64,000 bases of DNA, taken from contig CBDEUS010000002.1 of assembly GCA_965243395.1 (NCBI GenBank), positions 378,022-442,021 on the forward strand. Reading direction: 5' to 3'. The notes beneath the pieces are model-generated. The model searched no databases. It worked only from the letters and a program-made list of their open reading frames with translations, and had not been told where the DNA came from. The position numbers and the translations under genes are program-made. The stretch is from Gammaproteobacteria bacterium. GTDB taxonomy: Bacteria > Pseudomonadota > Gammaproteobacteria > UBA4575. Positions 29,193-42,102 of this stretch are shown in pieces (the stretch's first letter is position 1; each line of letters begins with the position of its first letter).

Positions 29193-29228
29193 TTGACTGC
29201 CTTAATTTCTTAATGTCTGCGTTCTAAG

Positions 29229-30389
<1,161 letters not shown>

Positions 30390-30392
30390 TTA

Positions 30393-30794
30393 TTAAGTTT
30401 GCTTGAGTGTTGGTTTGCTAAAAAAATGTGTAACAAGAGGCACGACCCACATGCATGAATGCACAATAAAGTACGTGGTAAATAATGTTATTGGATGTAC
30501 GTCCTTATAATTTATTAATACAATTGCAAGTAATGCGATGGCTAAAATTAGCTTAATAAACTCCGCTACATAAATGGAACGAAGCAAAGCACCAGCTTCC
30601 GCAATTCTACGTTTCGTAAACAACTGGCGCGCAAAATACATATTTGGTAATGCACAGATTGCACCGCCTAAAAATGCAGATAATGCCAGATTAGGTTTAG
30701 CGACAAATAAAAATGCTGCTATACAAAATGTGATTAGCCATTGCCAAACCAGAATGTGATTTATTTGCGCAGGTATTGTTAATTTTTGAACCAA
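30393..30794 (-). CDS. atpI: ATP synthase protein I
   Basis: Small 4-TM protein as the first gene of the atp operon. Confidence 0.7.
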   Translation of the reverse strand: MVQKLTIPAQINHILVWQWLITFCIAAFLFVAKPNLALSAFLGGAICALPNMYFARQLFTKRRIAEAGALLRSIYVAEFIKLILAIALLAIVLINYKDVHPITLFTTYFIVHSCMWVVPLVTHFFSKPTLKQT

Positions 30795-30979
30795 TTTTTT
30801 AAATTATTAATTATACGGTTCATGCCTTCATCTCAAGCAACAGTATTTTTAAACCGCTATCGGCAACCGATTTTACGCAACTCATCTTATGCTTTGACAG
30901 AGGCGCGAAGTATAAAATTTAGGCCATAAAATCTCAATAGAAACTAATGAATATGAGATCGTAACTATACGGATCTAAA

Positions 30980-31867
30980 TTATTTTGATTTGCCGATTAA
31001 TTTTGCAACGATTCCCTCAAATTCATCGAGGTTGCTATATTTAATCTGCATGCGACCACTCCCATTTTGGCTATGTTGAATCGATACGCTTGCACCTAAA
31101 TGGTCAGATAAATTGTGCTCCATGCGAGAAACGTCCGGATCCTGGTGGCTCACTTTAGCATTTTTCTTTTTGCTACCTACTTGTTGGTACTGTTTCACCA
31201 ATGTTTCAGCGCCACGTACAGATAACTGGCGTTGAACAATAGCTTGGGCGCATTTAACTTGTTGTTTATCTTTTAGCGCCAACAACGCACGTGCATGCCC
31301 CATTTCTAAGTCGTTTTGATTTAGCATGGCCTTTACCGGTTCAGCTAATTCTAATAAGCGCAGGCTATTACTGACTGCAGAGCGGGAACGAGACACCACT
31401 TCACCCACTTCCTGGTGGGTCAGACCAAATTTATCGATCAAATTGGCGAATGCTTGTGCTTCTTCTAAGGGATTAAGATCTTCACGTTGAAGGTTTTCAA
31501 TAATCGCAATGGCTGCAGCTTCTTGATCATTAACACTCTTAATAACAGCGGGAATTTCTTGTAATCCTGCCTGCTGTGCTGCACGCCATCGACGTTCGCC
31601 TGCAATGAGTTCAAATTCATCGCCTGTTTTACGTACAACGATAGGTTGAACGACACCTTGTTGACGTATCGAACTCGCAAGGGCTTCAAGTGCTTCAGGC
31701 TCCATAGCCTGTCGTGGTTGATAAGGACTCTGATGAATTAAATCCACAGGTAAGGTTTGTAGTGATTTAGCCGATCCTGTGTTGTTGCTTATGGCGCTCT
31801 CGGTTTCCGCAGCACTTAGCAATACATCTACGCCTAGCGCTCCGAGACCTCGTTTTTTCTTAACCAT
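30980..31867 (-). CDS. parB: chromosome partitioning protein ParB
   Basis: GERRWRAA ParB box. HTH region. Directly downstream of parA. Confidence 0.93.
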   Translation of the reverse strand: MVKKKRGLGALGVDVLLSAAETESAISNNTGSAKSLQTLPVDLIHQSPYQPRQAMEPEALEALASSIRQQGVVQPIVVRKTGDEFELIAGERRWRAAQQAGLQEIPAVIKSVNDQEAAAIAIIENLQREDLNPLEEAQAFANLIDKFGLTHQEVGEVVSRSRSAVSNSLRLLELAEPVKAMLNQNDLEMGHARALLALKDKQQVKCAQAIVQRQLSVRGAETLVKQYQQVGSKKKNAKVSHQDPDVSRMEHNLSDHLGASVSIQHSQNGSGRMQIKYSNLDEFEGIVAKLIGKSK

Positions 31868-31881
31868 AATTTTACAATCGT

Positions 31882-32682
31882 TCAGTTAGCCATAGCTGAG
31901 GATATGGCATGGGTTTGTGCTTCGTCTCGACGTAACATCTCGCCCGCAAGTGCTAAATAAGCCAATGCACCACGCGAACGCTTATCGTACAAAAGTACGG
32001 GTAAACCATGGCTAGGCGCTTCTGCTAATGTGACGTTACGCGGAATAATCGTGCGGTAGACACTTTCGCCAAAATGTGATGTTAATTGGGCTGATACATC
32101 ATTGGCTAAGTTATTGCGTGGATCATACATCGTGCGCAACAAGCCTTCGATTTTTAAATCCGGATTAGACGACATGCGGATACGCTCGATCGTCTGTGTT
32201 AAGGCAGACAAACCTTCTAAAGCATAGTATTCACACTGGGTGGGAATAATAACGCTACTTGCCGCAACTAAGCCGTTTACTGTGAGCATGTTTAATGAAG
32301 GCGGGCAGTCGATAAAAATATAGTCGTAGTCCTCGGTTACTTCCTGAAGGGCATTACGTAATTTAAATTCGCGCCTGTCTACGTCAAGTAATTGCACTTC
32401 GGCTATGGTTAACTGTTCATTGCCAGGTAATAAATCATAACCACCTTTGCTGCCATGAACTATACACTCGCTAATTGTTGCTTCATCCAGCAATACATTA
32501 GCAGTGCTTTTTTCGACCGTTCGCTTATCCACACCCGAACCCATTGTGGCATTACCTTGTGGATCTAGATCAATGAGCAACACGCTGCGATTCGTCGCAG
32601 ACATGGAGGCCGCTAAATTTACTGAGGTTGTAGTTTTACCTACGCCACCTTTTTGGTTAGTTACCGAAATAATTTTAGCCAT
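31882..32682 (-). CDS. parA: chromosome partitioning ATPase ParA/Soj
   Basis: Deviant Walker A NQKGGVGKTT. Confidence 0.95.
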   Translation of the reverse strand: MAKIISVTNQKGGVGKTTTSVNLAASMSATNRSVLLIDLDPQGNATMGSGVDKRTVEKSTANVLLDEATISECIVHGSKGGYDLLPGNEQLTIAEVQLLDVDRREFKLRNALQEVTEDYDYIFIDCPPSLNMLTVNGLVAASSVIIPTQCEYYALEGLSALTQTIERIRMSSNPDLKIEGLLRTMYDPRNNLANDVSAQLTSHFGESVYRTIIPRNVTLAEAPSHGLPVLLYDKRSRGALAYLALAGEMLRRDEAQTHAISSAMAN

Positions 32683-32691
32683 GCGTTTTAA

Positions 32692-33318
32692 CTATACTTT
32701 TTCGACGATGACGATGTGTCGTTGTGCCTCGAGTTGTGGAATTTTTACGCGATGAGTTTTGAGTACATTATATCGTTTTGGCAACCCTTCGAGTCGATTT
32801 TGTTTGCCCAGCATAAAAATAATTCGTCCTGCCTGATCTAAGCTTTGCAGCATAGATTCGCAGCGCTCAAAAAGTTCATTGCTATTGGCAAAAGCACGGC
32901 TGATGAGGGTATGGAATATCTGCTTGGGCAAATATTGTTCAGCTCGTTGATGCACAACCTGGATGTTTTTTAGCCCGAGTTCAATATTTGCCTGCAGAAT
33001 AAAGTGGGTTTTTTTGGCGTTGCTATCGAGTAATACAAATTGCTTATCCAGGCAAATGATCGCCAGAGGTATGCCAGGTAAGCCTGCGCCGCTTCCCACA
33101 TCGATAACATTTTTGCCTGTCAAGTAAACAGCAGCTGAAAGACTATCAAGAATATGCTTGCTAATAATCTCTTGCGTGTCATCGATTGCCGTTAGGTTAT
33201 AGGTCTTATTCCATTTTTGCAGCAATTCAACGTAATGTTGTAATTGTTGAAGTTGAGTTTCACTAACTGTTAACCCTAATTCCTGCACACCCCTGTTAAG
33301 TAGTTGTGTGGCATCCAT
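32692..33318 (-). CDS. rsmG: 16S rRNA (guanine527-N7)-methyltransferase
   Basis: SAM motif DVGSGAGLPGIPLAI. Position downstream of mnmG. Confidence 0.93.
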   Translation of the reverse strand: MDATQLLNRGVQELGLTVSETQLQQLQHYVELLQKWNKTYNLTAIDDTQEIISKHILDSLSAAVYLTGKNVIDVGSGAGLPGIPLAIICLDKQFVLLDSNAKKTHFILQANIELGLKNIQVVHQRAEQYLPKQIFHTLISRAFANSNELFERCESMLQSLDQAGRIIFMLGKQNRLEGLPKRYNVLKTHRVKIPQLEAQRHIVIVEKV

Positions 33319-33329
33319 AGGAGTTATTG

Positions 33330-35219
33330 TTAAGCGCTTTTTCGGGAAGGCTTAGATTTTAAATGTACCAACAGTAATGAAATTGTAGAGGGTGTGATTC
33401 CAGAAATTCTCGCAGCTTGTCCAATCGTTAATGGTTTAATTTCGGAAAGTTTTTGCTTAGCTTCATTTGATAATCCAGATATCGCTGCATAGTTAAAATC
33501 TTGCGGCAATTTTACTTCTTCTTGTTGCATTAAACGCTCAACCTGTACTTTTTGGCGTTCGATATAACCAGCATATTTGGCTTGAATTTCTAATTGCTCA
33601 CAAATTTCTGCAGGGATATCACTTAAATCTTGTTTGCTAAGTTTTTGCAGGTTTTCAAAATCAACTTCAGGGCGGCGCAGTAATTCATACATGCTGTATT
33701 CGTGTTTGAGTGGAGCGTTTAAAATTTCTTGAGCAGTTCTCTGATCTACATCGTTTGCTTGCACATAGCTATTTTGTAAACGTTGACGTTGTTGTTCTAA
33801 TACTTGGCGTTTATTAGAGAATGACTCCCATTGTGTTTCGGTTAAACATCCCAACTCATGTGCAGTTTCGCTCAATCGTAAATCAGCATTGTCTTGTCGA
33901 AGTTGTAATCTAAATTCTGCGCGACTGGTAAACATTCGATACGGTTCTATAGTCCCTCGTGTGACGAGATCATCAATCATCACGCCGATGTAAGCTTGGT
34001 CACGACGCGGCAACCAGGCCTCTTGCTGACGCATATGTTGCACGGCGTTAATGCCTGCAACCAAGCCTTGTGCTGCAGCTTCTTCATAGCCGGTAGTGCC
34101 ATTGATTTGTCCTGCGAAAAATAATCCTTCGATCGATTTAGTTTCCAAACTTGGCTTTAAATCACGCGGATCAAAATAATCATACTCAATTGCATAACCG
34201 GGGCGTGTGATATGTGCATCTTCAAATCCTTTTATAGTACGCACAAATTTTTGTTGGGTTGCAAACGGCAAACTTGTGGAAATGCCATTGGGATACACTT
34301 CTTGTGTTTGCAGGCCTTCGGGCTCTATAAAAATTTGGTGTTTGTCGCGCTCCGCAAAACGCGTGACCTTATCCTCAATAGAAGGACAATAGCGTGGCCC
34401 GGTGCTATCGATATTGCCGTTATACATTGGCGAGAGATTTAAATCTTGTCTAATAATTTCATGAGTTTGTTCGTTGGTATAAGTGATAGAGCAGTTCACT
34501 TGTTCAGGATGGTTTGCAGATTCACCCCAATAAGAAAATACGGGTGTCGGTTTGTCACCCGGTTGAATTTCGGTTTTTGAGTAATCGATTGTGCGGCCAT
34601 CAATTCTCGGTGGCGTGCCTGTTTTTAAGCGCCCCACACGTAAATCTAAATCTCGTAGGCGCTTTGCCAAGGTAATTGCCGGGGGGTCTCCCGCACGACC
34701 CGCAGCATAATTATCATTACCAATATGAATTTTACCGCCCAGAAATGTTCCGGTCGTTAACACTACAGATTGGGCTTTAAATGTGAGCCCACTTTGAGTG
34801 ACCACACCATCAATGCGATCATTTTTAATTAGCAAATCATCAACGGCTTGTTGAAACAGTTGTAAATTTTCCTGATTTTCAACCTGCTTGCGAATCGCAG
34901 CTTTGTATAAAACGCGATCGGCCTGTGCGCGTGTTGCGCGAACTGCTGGGCCTTTGCGTGAATTAAGCACCCGAAATTGAATACCGCCCATATCCGCCGC
35001 AATGGCCATCGCCCCGCCCATAGCATCTATTTCTTTTACTAAATGACTTTTACCAATGCCGCCAATTGCAGGATTACAACTCATTTGGCCAATCGTTTCG
35101 ATATTGTGAGTAATGAGTAAAGTGCTTGCACCCATGCGTGCAGAAGCTAAAGCAGCCTCGGTGCCAGCGTGACCGCCACCGATAACGATGACGTTATAAG
35201 TTTGTTCCTTCGTGCTCAT
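33330..35219 (-). CDS. mnmG: tRNA uridine 5-carboxymethylaminomethyl modification enzyme MnmG (GidA)
   Basis: FAD motif [15 protein letters not shown] chose the start at the Met 9 aa before that motif, as in E. coli. The track's 35297 start would overlap mnmE by 16 nt. Confidence 0.95.
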   Translation of the reverse strand: MSTKEQTYNVIVIGGGHAGTEAALASARMGASTLLITHNIETIGQMSCNPAIGGIGKSHLVKEIDAMGGAMAIAADMGGIQFRVLNSRKGPAVRATRAQADRVLYKAAIRKQVENQENLQLFQQAVDDLLIKNDRIDGVVTQSGLTFKAQSVVLTTGTFLGGKIHIGNDNYAAGRAGDPPAITLAKRLRDLDLRVGRLKTGTPPRIDGRTIDYSKTEIQPGDKPTPVFSYWGESANHPEQVNCSITYTNEQTHEIIRQDLNLSPMYNGNIDSTGPRYCPSIEDKVTRFAERDKHQIFIEPEGLQTQEVYPNGISTSLPFATQQKFVRTIKGFEDAHITRPGYAIEYDYFDPRDLKPSLETKSIEGLFFAGQINGTTGYEEAAAQGLVAGINAVQHMRQQEAWLPRRDQAYIGVMIDDLVTRGTIEPYRMFTSRAEFRLQLRQDNADLRLSETAHELGCLTETQWESFSNKRQVLEQQRQRLQNSYVQANDVDQRTAQEILNAPLKHEYSMYELLRRPEVDFENLQKLSKQDLSDIPAEICEQLEIQAKYAGYIERQKVQVERLMQQEEVKLPQDFNYAAISGLSNEAKQKLSEIKPLTIGQAARISGITPSTISLLLVHLKSKPSRKSA

Positions 35220-35281
35220 ATGCTCAGATATTGTACTGAAGGTCATCGAATTACTCGACTCCCCATAGGTGTCATAGCGGC

Positions 35282-36616
35282 TTATTTGCCTATGCAAAAC
35301 TCACTGAATATTTTGCCGAGTAGCTCGTCTGAAGAGAATTCACCAGTGATCTCGTTTAAATGTTGTTGGGCGGAGCGTAAGTCTTCAGCTATTAGCTCTA
35401 ATGCCGTTGTGTCATTTAACCGCTGTGCAGCTAATTGAATATTATGCTGTGTTTGTTGTAAGGCGATGACGTGTCGGCTTCTTGCTAAAAAGGGCGTGTC
35501 GCCACTTTCCTGACCACCAAGCCGTTGACCAATAACATCAAGCAATTCGGTAATTCCCTGTTGAGTGATGGTTGATATGTAAAGTTTATCTGTGTCGCTA
35601 TCTATGGTGACTAAATCACTTTTGTTATGAATTGTTATAACTTTTTTTGTATCGAACTCATTGGGCAATTCATCAATCTCTTCATCGCTCGCATCAATCA
35701 ACCACAAAATTAAATCCGCCTGTTGAAGAGCTTCTTGTGCGCGCTCTATTCCTTTGCTTTCAACAACGTCATTAGTCTTACGTAAACCCGCGGTGTCAAT
35801 TAAGCGTACAGGAATGCCACAGATTTGAATGTCTGCATTTAATGGATCACGTGTTGTTCCGGGGATCTCAGTAACAATGGCCACATCACTTTGTGCTAAT
35901 ACATTTAACAAACTTGATTTGCCTGCATTGGGTCGGCCGGCAATCGCAAGTGTTGCGCCTTGCTGTAAGCGCTCACCTACTTTAGCTTGTTCTAATAATT
36001 CATCTAAAGTTTCATTTAAATCTTTTAGTTGGGATTGTATTTGCCCAAGCTGCTGTCGATCTATTTCCTCGTCCGGAAAATCTAAATTAGCCTCAATATG
36101 CATTCGCGATTGAATTAACTTCTCTAGGATTGTTTGCACACGCTTTGAAAATGCGCCTTGTAATGATCTTGTTGCTGTACGAGCAGATTGTTCTGTTGTG
36201 CTATTAATTAAATCCGCAATGGCTTCGGCTTGTGTTAAATCAATTTTATTATTTAAAAACGCGCGCAAGCTAAACTCACCCGCAGTTGCAAGACGTGCGC
36301 CTTCAACACAAAGCGCCTTTAACAAAGATTCGGCTACGAGTGGATTACCATGGCAGTGAAATTCGACAACATCTTCGCCAGTAAAAGATGCGGGCGCCTG
36401 AAAAAAAATAGTTAGCCCTTGGTCAATTACACTTCCGTCCTGATTTAAAAAACTCGTAAAAACCGCTTGACGTGCAACCAATGATGTCTTTGTTATCTTT
36501 TCGGCAACCTCCCGGGCTTGCTTGCCTGACAGGCGAACAATGGCTAAAGCGCCGCGCCCTGGCGGGGTAGCAATGGCGCAGATCAGTTCTTTTTGTGAGA
36601 TGTTCTCATCGGGCAT
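35282..36616 (-). CDS. mnmE: tRNA modification GTPase MnmE (TrmE)
   Basis: G1 motif [10 protein letters not shown]3 motif DTAG and C-terminal CIGK. Confidence 0.96.
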   Translation of the reverse strand: MPDENISQKELICAIATPPGRGALAIVRLSGKQAREVAEKITKTSLVARQAVFTSFLNQDGSVIDQGLTIFFQAPASFTGEDVVEFHCHGNPLVAESLLKALCVEGARLATAGEFSLRAFLNNKIDLTQAEAIADLINSTTEQSARTATRSLQGAFSKRVQTILEKLIQSRMHIEANLDFPDEEIDRQQLGQIQSQLKDLNETLDELLEQAKVGERLQQGATLAIAGRPNAGKSSLLNVLAQSDVAIVTEIPGTTRDPLNADIQICGIPVRLIDTAGLRKTNDVVESKGIERAQEALQQADLILWLIDASDEEIDELPNEFDTKKVITIHNKSDLVTIDSDTDKLYISTITQQGITELLDVIGQRLGGQESGDTPFLARSRHVIALQQTQHNIQLAAQRLNDTTALELIAEDLRSAQQHLNEITGEFSSDELLGKIFSEFCIGK

Positions 36617-36655
36617 AGATGCGCCCTTTAAATATTGATTTATAGCAACTGAATT

Positions 36656-38359
36656 TTAATACGCTTCGTTCTCGATACGCTTTGTTATTACATATTGCTG
36701 AATAATTGAAAGAATATTATTCACCAACCAATACAACACCAAACCAGCCGGGAAAAAAGCCATAAAAATTGTCATCATAATAGGCATCATGGCGAATATC
36801 TTTGCCTGCATGGGATCGGGTGGTGCAGGGTTTAATTTGAATTGCACATACATGCTTATTCCCATTAGTAATGGAAGAATAAAAATTGGATCGCGCACAG
36901 ACAAATCATTTATCCATAACATAAACGGCGCTTGACGTAGTTCAACACTTTCTATTAGCACCCAATATAACGCCAAGAATACTGGCATTTGTATTAATAT
37001 CGGCAAACAGCCTTTGGCAGGGTTTACTTTTTCTTTGCGATATAACTCCCAAGTTGCCTGACCTAGTTTCTGTTTATCCTCTGCATATCGCTCTTGTAAA
37101 GCTTTAACGCGCGGTTGTAGTTTGCGCATACGCGCCATAGATTTGTAACTGGTTTCTGATAATTTATAAAAAACAAGTTTGATTACAATCGTTACTAAAA
37201 TGATAGACCATCCCCAATTACCGACCATGTTGTGAAACCACTGCATCAACCAAAACAATGGCTTGGACAAAATAGAAAACATTCCGTAATCGACACTTAG
37301 ATCTAGGCCTTTAGCAATGTCTTGCATGTCATCTTGTATTTTTGGTCCGGTATAAAGGCGTCGTTTAAACTCTGCGCTTGTGTTCGGAGCAATTGTTTTA
37401 GCTTCAGAAAGCATGCCTATCAAAAGTTGTTGCTCGTCGTTGGCAGCTTTAACTGCCTTGCTGTAAAAACGATTTTGCTCACTTTGCTCTGGCACCCAGG
37501 CAGAAACAAAATAATGCTGCAGCATGGCGACCCAGCCACCTTCCACAGACATGCTGATGGGTTCATCTACTACGTCTTCAAAAGAGTGTTTGTGGTAGGC
37601 GCCATCAAAATATGCAGTGCCCGTATACGTTGGCAAACGTAACCAGCTGCGGTTTTCTGGAACAGGGCTATGTCTGAGTTGTTGATACTGTCTTCCAACC
37701 CACGTGCGATCACTGCGGTTTGTTACACGATGAGTAACGTCGTAGACAAAAGCTCCGCGCTTGAACGTGTAAATTTTTTCTACTTCAATACCATTTAGAC
37801 TTTTCCAAGTGAGGTTTACTTTTAACTCATCCTTACCTTCTGCCAGCTGATAGTTAGTTTTTTCTACGTTGTAAATTTCATGGTGTGTGGGCGCCATGCC
37901 GGTAATCGATTGACCATTTATTTTGTCATGACGTAAGCCGGATTGTGCAATATACGTGCGTGCATCGCTGCGCATTAAACGAAATGCTTCATCATTTTTC
38001 TGTAAAGAAACAGGATAGGTTGGCAAATCTACTTGGCGAACATCGCCACCGCGTGTATCAATAATGATATCCAACACATCGGTTCGTACTTGTATTTTCT
38101 TGCTGCGATTTTTGGTTTGATGAATTTCAGCAACATTATTTGTAGCTGCTGTGTCCTGCGGTGCGTCGAGTGCATCAGGAATATCATCTGAGTTCTCAGA
38201 CAAGTTTAAATCATCCGCTACATTGTTGGATATTTGCTCATTACCTTCTTGAGTAGCCACCGAAGGTGGGCGCGGAGCATGTTCCTGTTGCCAAGTAAGC
38301 CATATCACATATAGCAAAAAAGCCAGTGCCAGATATAGAAAGAATCTTTGGTTTTCCAT
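36656..38359 (-). CDS. yidC: membrane protein insertase YidC
   Basis: Large periplasmic domain plus conserved C-terminal 5-TM core. Synteny. Confidence 0.96.
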   Translation of the reverse strand: MENQRFFLYLALAFLLYVIWLTWQQEHAPRPPSVATQEGNEQISNNVADDLNLSENSDDIPDALDAPQDTAATNNVAEIHQTKNRSKKIQVRTDVLDIIIDTRGGDVRQVDLPTYPVSLQKNDEAFRLMRSDARTYIAQSGLRHDKINGQSITGMAPTHHEIYNVEKTNYQLAEGKDELKVNLTWKSLNGIEVEKIYTFKRGAFVYDVTHRVTNRSDRTWVGRQYQQLRHSPVPENRSWLRLPTYTGTAYFDGAYHKHSFEDVVDEPISMSVEGGWVAMLQHYFVSAWVPEQSEQNRFYSKAVKAANDEQQLLIGMLSEAKTIAPNTSAEFKRRLYTGPKIQDDMQDIAKGLDLSVDYGMFSILSKPLFWLMQWFHNMVGNWGWSIILVTIVIKLVFYKLSETSYKSMARMRKLQPRVKALQERYAEDKQKLGQATWELYRKEKVNPAKGCLPILIQMPVFLALYWVLIESVELRQAPFMLWINDLSVRDPIFILPLLMGISMYVQFKLNPAPPDPMQAKIFAMMPIMMTIFMAFFPAGLVLYWLVNNILSIIQQYVITKRIENEAY

Positions 38360-38372
38360 TCTTTATGACTTT

Positions 38373-38612
38373 CTATTTTGGCTTGAGATTTTTGGGTACT
38401 GGGTCAATGCCACCTGCATGCCAAGGATGGCAACTTGCTACACGTTTTATAGCAAGCCAGCTACCGCGATATGGGCCATGCTGCTGCAATGCCTCTAAAG
38501 CATATTGTGAACACGTTGGATGAAACCTACATTGTTGTCCTAACCATGGGCTCAGCAGTAAGCGATATGCCTTGATTAAGATAATTAGAAATTTACTTAT
38601 CAACGTATGCAT
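38373..38612 (-). CDS. yidD: membrane protein insertion efficiency factor YidD
   Basis: CRFHPTCSQYA motif and HPWHAGGIDPVP. Confidence 0.92.
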   Translation of the reverse strand: MHTLISKFLIILIKAYRLLLSPWLGQQCRFHPTCSQYALEALQQHGPYRGSWLAIKRVASCHPWHAGGIDPVPKNLKPK

Positions 38613-38616
38613 TCTT

Positions 38617-38973
38617 TTAAACTTGTTTCCACAATGTTTCGATTTGTAGCTTAAGGGTTTGCTTAAATTTCGTTTTTTTGATGGCTTTGATAGGGCGTTT
38701 TAAAATTACGATATAGTCGCAGGTTGGAAGAGACGTTTTTGTTTGACGAAAACTCTCTCGGATAATTCTTTTTATAGTATTTCGATCTACTGCTCGCTTA
38801 GCGTTGCGTTTAGCTACTACAATCCCAAGGCGCGGTTGTCCAATTGCGTTTTCTCTTGACAGTATCGTAAAGAATTCGCTGTTCGATTTTATTGCTTTAT
38901 CAAAGACTCGAGTATATTGGCTTGCGTTTTGTAGCCGGTCTAGATGTGTGTACGCGTTTCTTTTAACTTGCAA
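38617..38973 (-). CDS. rnpA: ribonuclease P protein component
   Basis: Basic 118-aa protein with the RNR-type motif KRNAKRAVDRNTIKRIIRE. TTG start. Synteny. Confidence 0.9.
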   Translation of the reverse strand: MQVKRNAYTHLDRLQNASQYTRVFDKAIKSNSEFFTILSRENAIGQPRLGIVVAKRNAKRAVDRNTIKRIIRESFRQTKTSLPTCDYIVILKRPIKAIKKTKFKQTLKLQIETLWKQV

Positions 38974-39003
38974 AAATTCTTGTTAAAAAATCAATAGCAA
39001 AAA

Positions 39004-39153
39004 CTATGGTCGTCTTGTTTGCGGACAAAGACGTGCGCGACCACGTGCACGACGAGCATTGATTACAGCACGACCACCTTTTGTTTTCATTCTAGCTCTA
39101 AAGCCATGCGTTCGTGCGCGCTTTAAATTACTAGGTTGATATGTGCGTTTCAT
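39004..39153 (-). CDS. rpmH: 50S ribosomal protein L34
   Basis: Not in the ORF track because it is under 60 aa. Hand translation gives [49 protein letters not shown], matching the L34 consensus MKRTFQPS.LKR.R.HGFR.RM. Confidence 0.93.
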   Translation of the reverse strand: MKRTYQPSNLKRARTHGFRARMKTKGGRAVINARRARGRARLCPQTRRP

Positions 39154-39417
39154 ATTATTCCAATTTAAATTTTAGTTAGTTCGTATTCCATCGATTTAAT
39201 TATTCTATTTTAGTAAATGATTATTGCATTTACATTGCCACTACTTTTATATACTTAGAATAATTATTTAATAAGGTGCGCAAAAATAATCGCGCTACTA
39301 ACATTTGTCAACGATTATTGTCTGACATTAAACAGTGGATAACAATCCTATTACTGGATAGACTGATCTACCCCTTAACGATTTTACAACAATTATAAAC
39401 TTACGGGAGTAGGCAGC
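39154..39417. promoter_or_regulatory. rpmH-dnaA divergent intergenic region: dnaA promoter/autoregulation region and possible oriC
   Basis: AT-rich 264 bp. DnaA box TTATCCACt (8 of 9) on the minus strand at 39334-39342. A weaker box (6 of 9) at 39354-39362. A single GATC. Confidence 0.4.
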
Positions 39418-40755
39418 GTGGCGAATGTTCTCTGGAAATCCTGTGTTCACAAACTTGAATCTGAGTTATCCGAACAACAACTTAATACTTGGATCCGCCC
39501 TCTACACGCAATAGAGGAGAATGGCGGTTTAACCCTGCTAGCACCCAACCGTTTTGTGCTTGATTGGGTACAAGATAATTTTCTTGCGCGTATCGACGAG
39601 TTAATCGCTGCCAACAATAAATGCGAGCGTCCGGTATGTCTTGAAATAGGCAGTAATAAACACCCAGCCACAACGACGAAACAGGCTGAAAAAATACAAG
39701 TCGTAAGTTCAGCTGCTTCCAAGTTACAAAATTTTAGCCACAACCTGAATCCAAATTTCACCTTTGACACCTTTGTTGAAGGCAAATCCAACCAGCTCCC
39801 TAAGGCAGCCGCCTTACAGGTAGCCAATCACCCGGGAGCCGCATACAACCCTTTGCTTATCTATGGTGGTGTGGGGTTAGGTAAAACACACTTGTTGCAT
39901 GCGATTGGCAACCAGATGTTGGTGCAAAATCCTGCTGCGAAGATTTTATATTTACACTCCGAGCGTTTCGTAGCGGATATGGTGAAAGCATTACAACATA
40001 ACGCTATCAGTGAATTTAAGCGTTTTTATCGCACTGTAGATGCGTTATTGATTGACGATATTCAATTTTTTGCTGGTAAAGAGCGCTCTCAAGAAGAATT
40101 TTTTCATACTTTTAATACTTTGCTTGAGGGCCAACGACAGGTAATACTTACTTGCGACCGCTATCCCAAAGAAGTTGAAGACTTACAAGAGCGCTTGAAG
40201 TCACGTTTCGGGTGGGGCTTAACGCAATCCATTGAGCCGCCTGAATTAGAGACTCGCGTTGCCATCATGCAACGCAAAGCAGAATTACTACAGATTGAAT
40301 TACCCAGTGATGTCGCCTTTTTCATTGGTAAGCGTATTCGTTCCAATATCCGTGAACTTGAAGGCGCGCTTCGCAGAGTCATCGCAAACGCACAATTTAC
40401 CGGATCAGCGATTACTCTAGACTTTGCCAAAGAAGCTTTACATGATTTATTAGCTTTACAAGACAAGCTTGTCACGATCGATAATATCCAAAAAACAGTA
40501 GCTGAATTTTTTAAAATTCGCGTCTCAGATTTACTTTCTGCACGACGCAGTCGTTCAATCACACGTCCTCGGCAAATAGCAATGAGTTTAGCCAAAGAAC
40601 TAACCAATCACAGTTTGCCTGAAATTGGTGATGCCTTCGGTGGCCGGGATCATACAACGGTGTTGCATGCTTGCAGAAAAATAAAAAGTTTAAGGGAAAG
40701 CGATTCGCGTATTAACGATGATTACATCAATCTATTACGCAACTTAAACAATTAA
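39418..40755 (+). CDS. dnaA: chromosomal replication initiator DnaA
   Basis: GTG start. AAA+ Walker [12 protein letters not shown]-terminal DNA-binding motif ([11 protein letters not shown]). Confidence 0.98.
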   Translation: MANVLWKSCVHKLESELSEQQLNTWIRPLHAIEENGGLTLLAPNRFVLDWVQDNFLARIDELIAANNKCERPVCLEIGSNKHPATTTKQAEKIQVVSSAASKLQNFSHNLNPNFTFDTFVEGKSNQLPKAAALQVANHPGAAYNPLLIYGGVGLGKTHLLHAIGNQMLVQNPAAKILYLHSERFVADMVKALQHNAISEFKRFYRTVDALLIDDIQFFAGKERSQEEFFHTFNTLLEGQRQVILTCDRYPKEVEDLQERLKSRFGWGLTQSIEPPELETRVAIMQRKAELLQIELPSDVAFFIGKRIRSNIRELEGALRRVIANAQFTGSAITLDFAKEALHDLLALQDKLVTIDNIQKTVAEFFKIRVSDLLSARRSRSITRPRQIAMSLAKELTNHSLPEIGDAFGGRDHTTVLHACRKIKSLRESDSRINDDYINLLRNLNN

Positions 40756-40931
40756 AACAGCAACAATTTAATATCACTGTTGATTGGCTGTGTAAAAAAA
40801 GTGATATAGTTTGTAAAGCTTTTGTAATGCAGATTTATACCTATACTAAACAGCATAAAAGAACGCTTACTAAACTACTTTTTCTCAAGTTAAATCTACT
40901 TAAGATATTGACTTTAAACAAGTAATTAATG

Positions 40932-40940
40932 TTATCCACA
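40932..40940 (+). promoter_or_regulatory. perfect consensus DnaA box (TTATCCACA) in the dnaA-dnaN spacer
   Basis: Exact 9-mer read directly from the sequence, 41 nt upstream of the dnaN start. Confidence 0.6.
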
Positions 40941-40981
40941 GCAAAAGAGCCGTTCTATAACAACTACTAATTATATAAATA

Positions 40982-42082
40982 ATGCAGTTATCTATAACAC
41001 GTGAAGATCTGTTAAAACCCCTACAACAAATTATAGGTGCTGTTGAGCGCAGGCAAACCATGCCCGCACTCAGTAATCTGTTAATCCGGGGCGACGACCA
41101 GGCTATAACGATCACTGCAACGGATTTAGAGGTTGAATTAGTTGCCAATTTAGAATTCGGGCTAGAAGACCAGGGGACAACCACAATACCGGCTAGAAAA
41201 CTCTTAGATATATGCCGCTCTTTACCTGAACAAGCAAAAATTACTATCAACTCCAGTAATGAAAAAGTAAAAGTGAGCTCAGGTCGAAGCCGCTTTTCAC
41301 TGGTGACACTCCCGGCCGAAGATTTTCCTACAATTGACGACCTTGAGCTGGATCAAAATGTTGTTATTAGCGAAGGCAAATTTAAAGCATTGATCGACAA
41401 AACAGCTTTTGCAATGGCACAACAAGATGTGCGTTATTATCTAAATGGATTGTTGTTGGAAGTGGACACGGAACAGATTCGCACAGTCGCAACGGATGGT
41501 CATCGATTAGCACTCTCACAGCTAGATCATAAGTCGGATATCGAAGGCTCCAGACAGATCATACTGCCACGCAAAGGAGTGCAGGAGTTACAGCGTTTAT
41601 TGAGCAGTGAAGATGACAACATCACAGTTGCTTTAGGTAAGAATCATATCCGTGTCAATCTTGCCAATTTGCAATTTACCTCGAAGTTAATCGATGGACG
41701 TTTTCCCGAGTATCAACGGGTGTTGCCTGAGGAGAGCGATAATCGCGCGAAAATTGATAAAGTACAGCTAAAACAAGCGCTTACACGAGCATCGATCTTG
41801 TCGAATGAGAAATATAAAGGCATAAGATTAATCCTCGATAACAATTCTTTAGTCATTCAAGCGCATAACCCTGAGCATGAAGAAGCTGAAGATGAAATTG
41901 AAATTGAATATTCTGGAGATCGTTTAGAGGTTGGTTTTAATGTTGTGTACCTATTGGATGTGCTCAATGTTTTAGATTCTGATGCAGTTGAGGTAATTAT
42001 TCAGGATGCGAATAGTAGTGCCTTAATTATTTCACCTGACACACAGGCAAGTCGTTACGTTGTAATGCCAATGCGTCTTTAG
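40982..42082 (+). CDS. dnaN: DNA polymerase III beta sliding clamp
   Basis: 366 aa. Conserved N-terminus and C-terminal MPMRL. Confidence 0.97.
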   Translation: MQLSITREDLLKPLQQIIGAVERRQTMPALSNLLIRGDDQAITITATDLEVELVANLEFGLEDQGTTTIPARKLLDICRSLPEQAKITINSSNEKVKVSSGRSRFSLVTLPAEDFPTIDDLELDQNVVISEGKFKALIDKTAFAMAQQDVRYYLNGLLLEVDTEQIRTVATDGHRLALSQLDHKSDIEGSRQIILPRKGVQELQRLLSSEDDNITVALGKNHIRVNLANLQFTSKLIDGRFPEYQRVLPEESDNRAKIDKVQLKQALTRASILSNEKYKGIRLILDNNSLVIQAHNPEHEEAEDEIEIEYSGDRLEVGFNVVYLLDVLNVLDSDAVEVIIQDANSSALIISPDTQASRYVVMPMRL

Positions 42083-42102
42083 CCAAAACCCTACTACCCG
42101 CA

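Noticed and set aside
40900-41250. A 116-aa minus-strand ORF across the dnaA-dnaN spacer and the dnaN 5' end.
   Set aside because: It is antisense to dnaN and covers the DnaA-box spacer. No supporting features.
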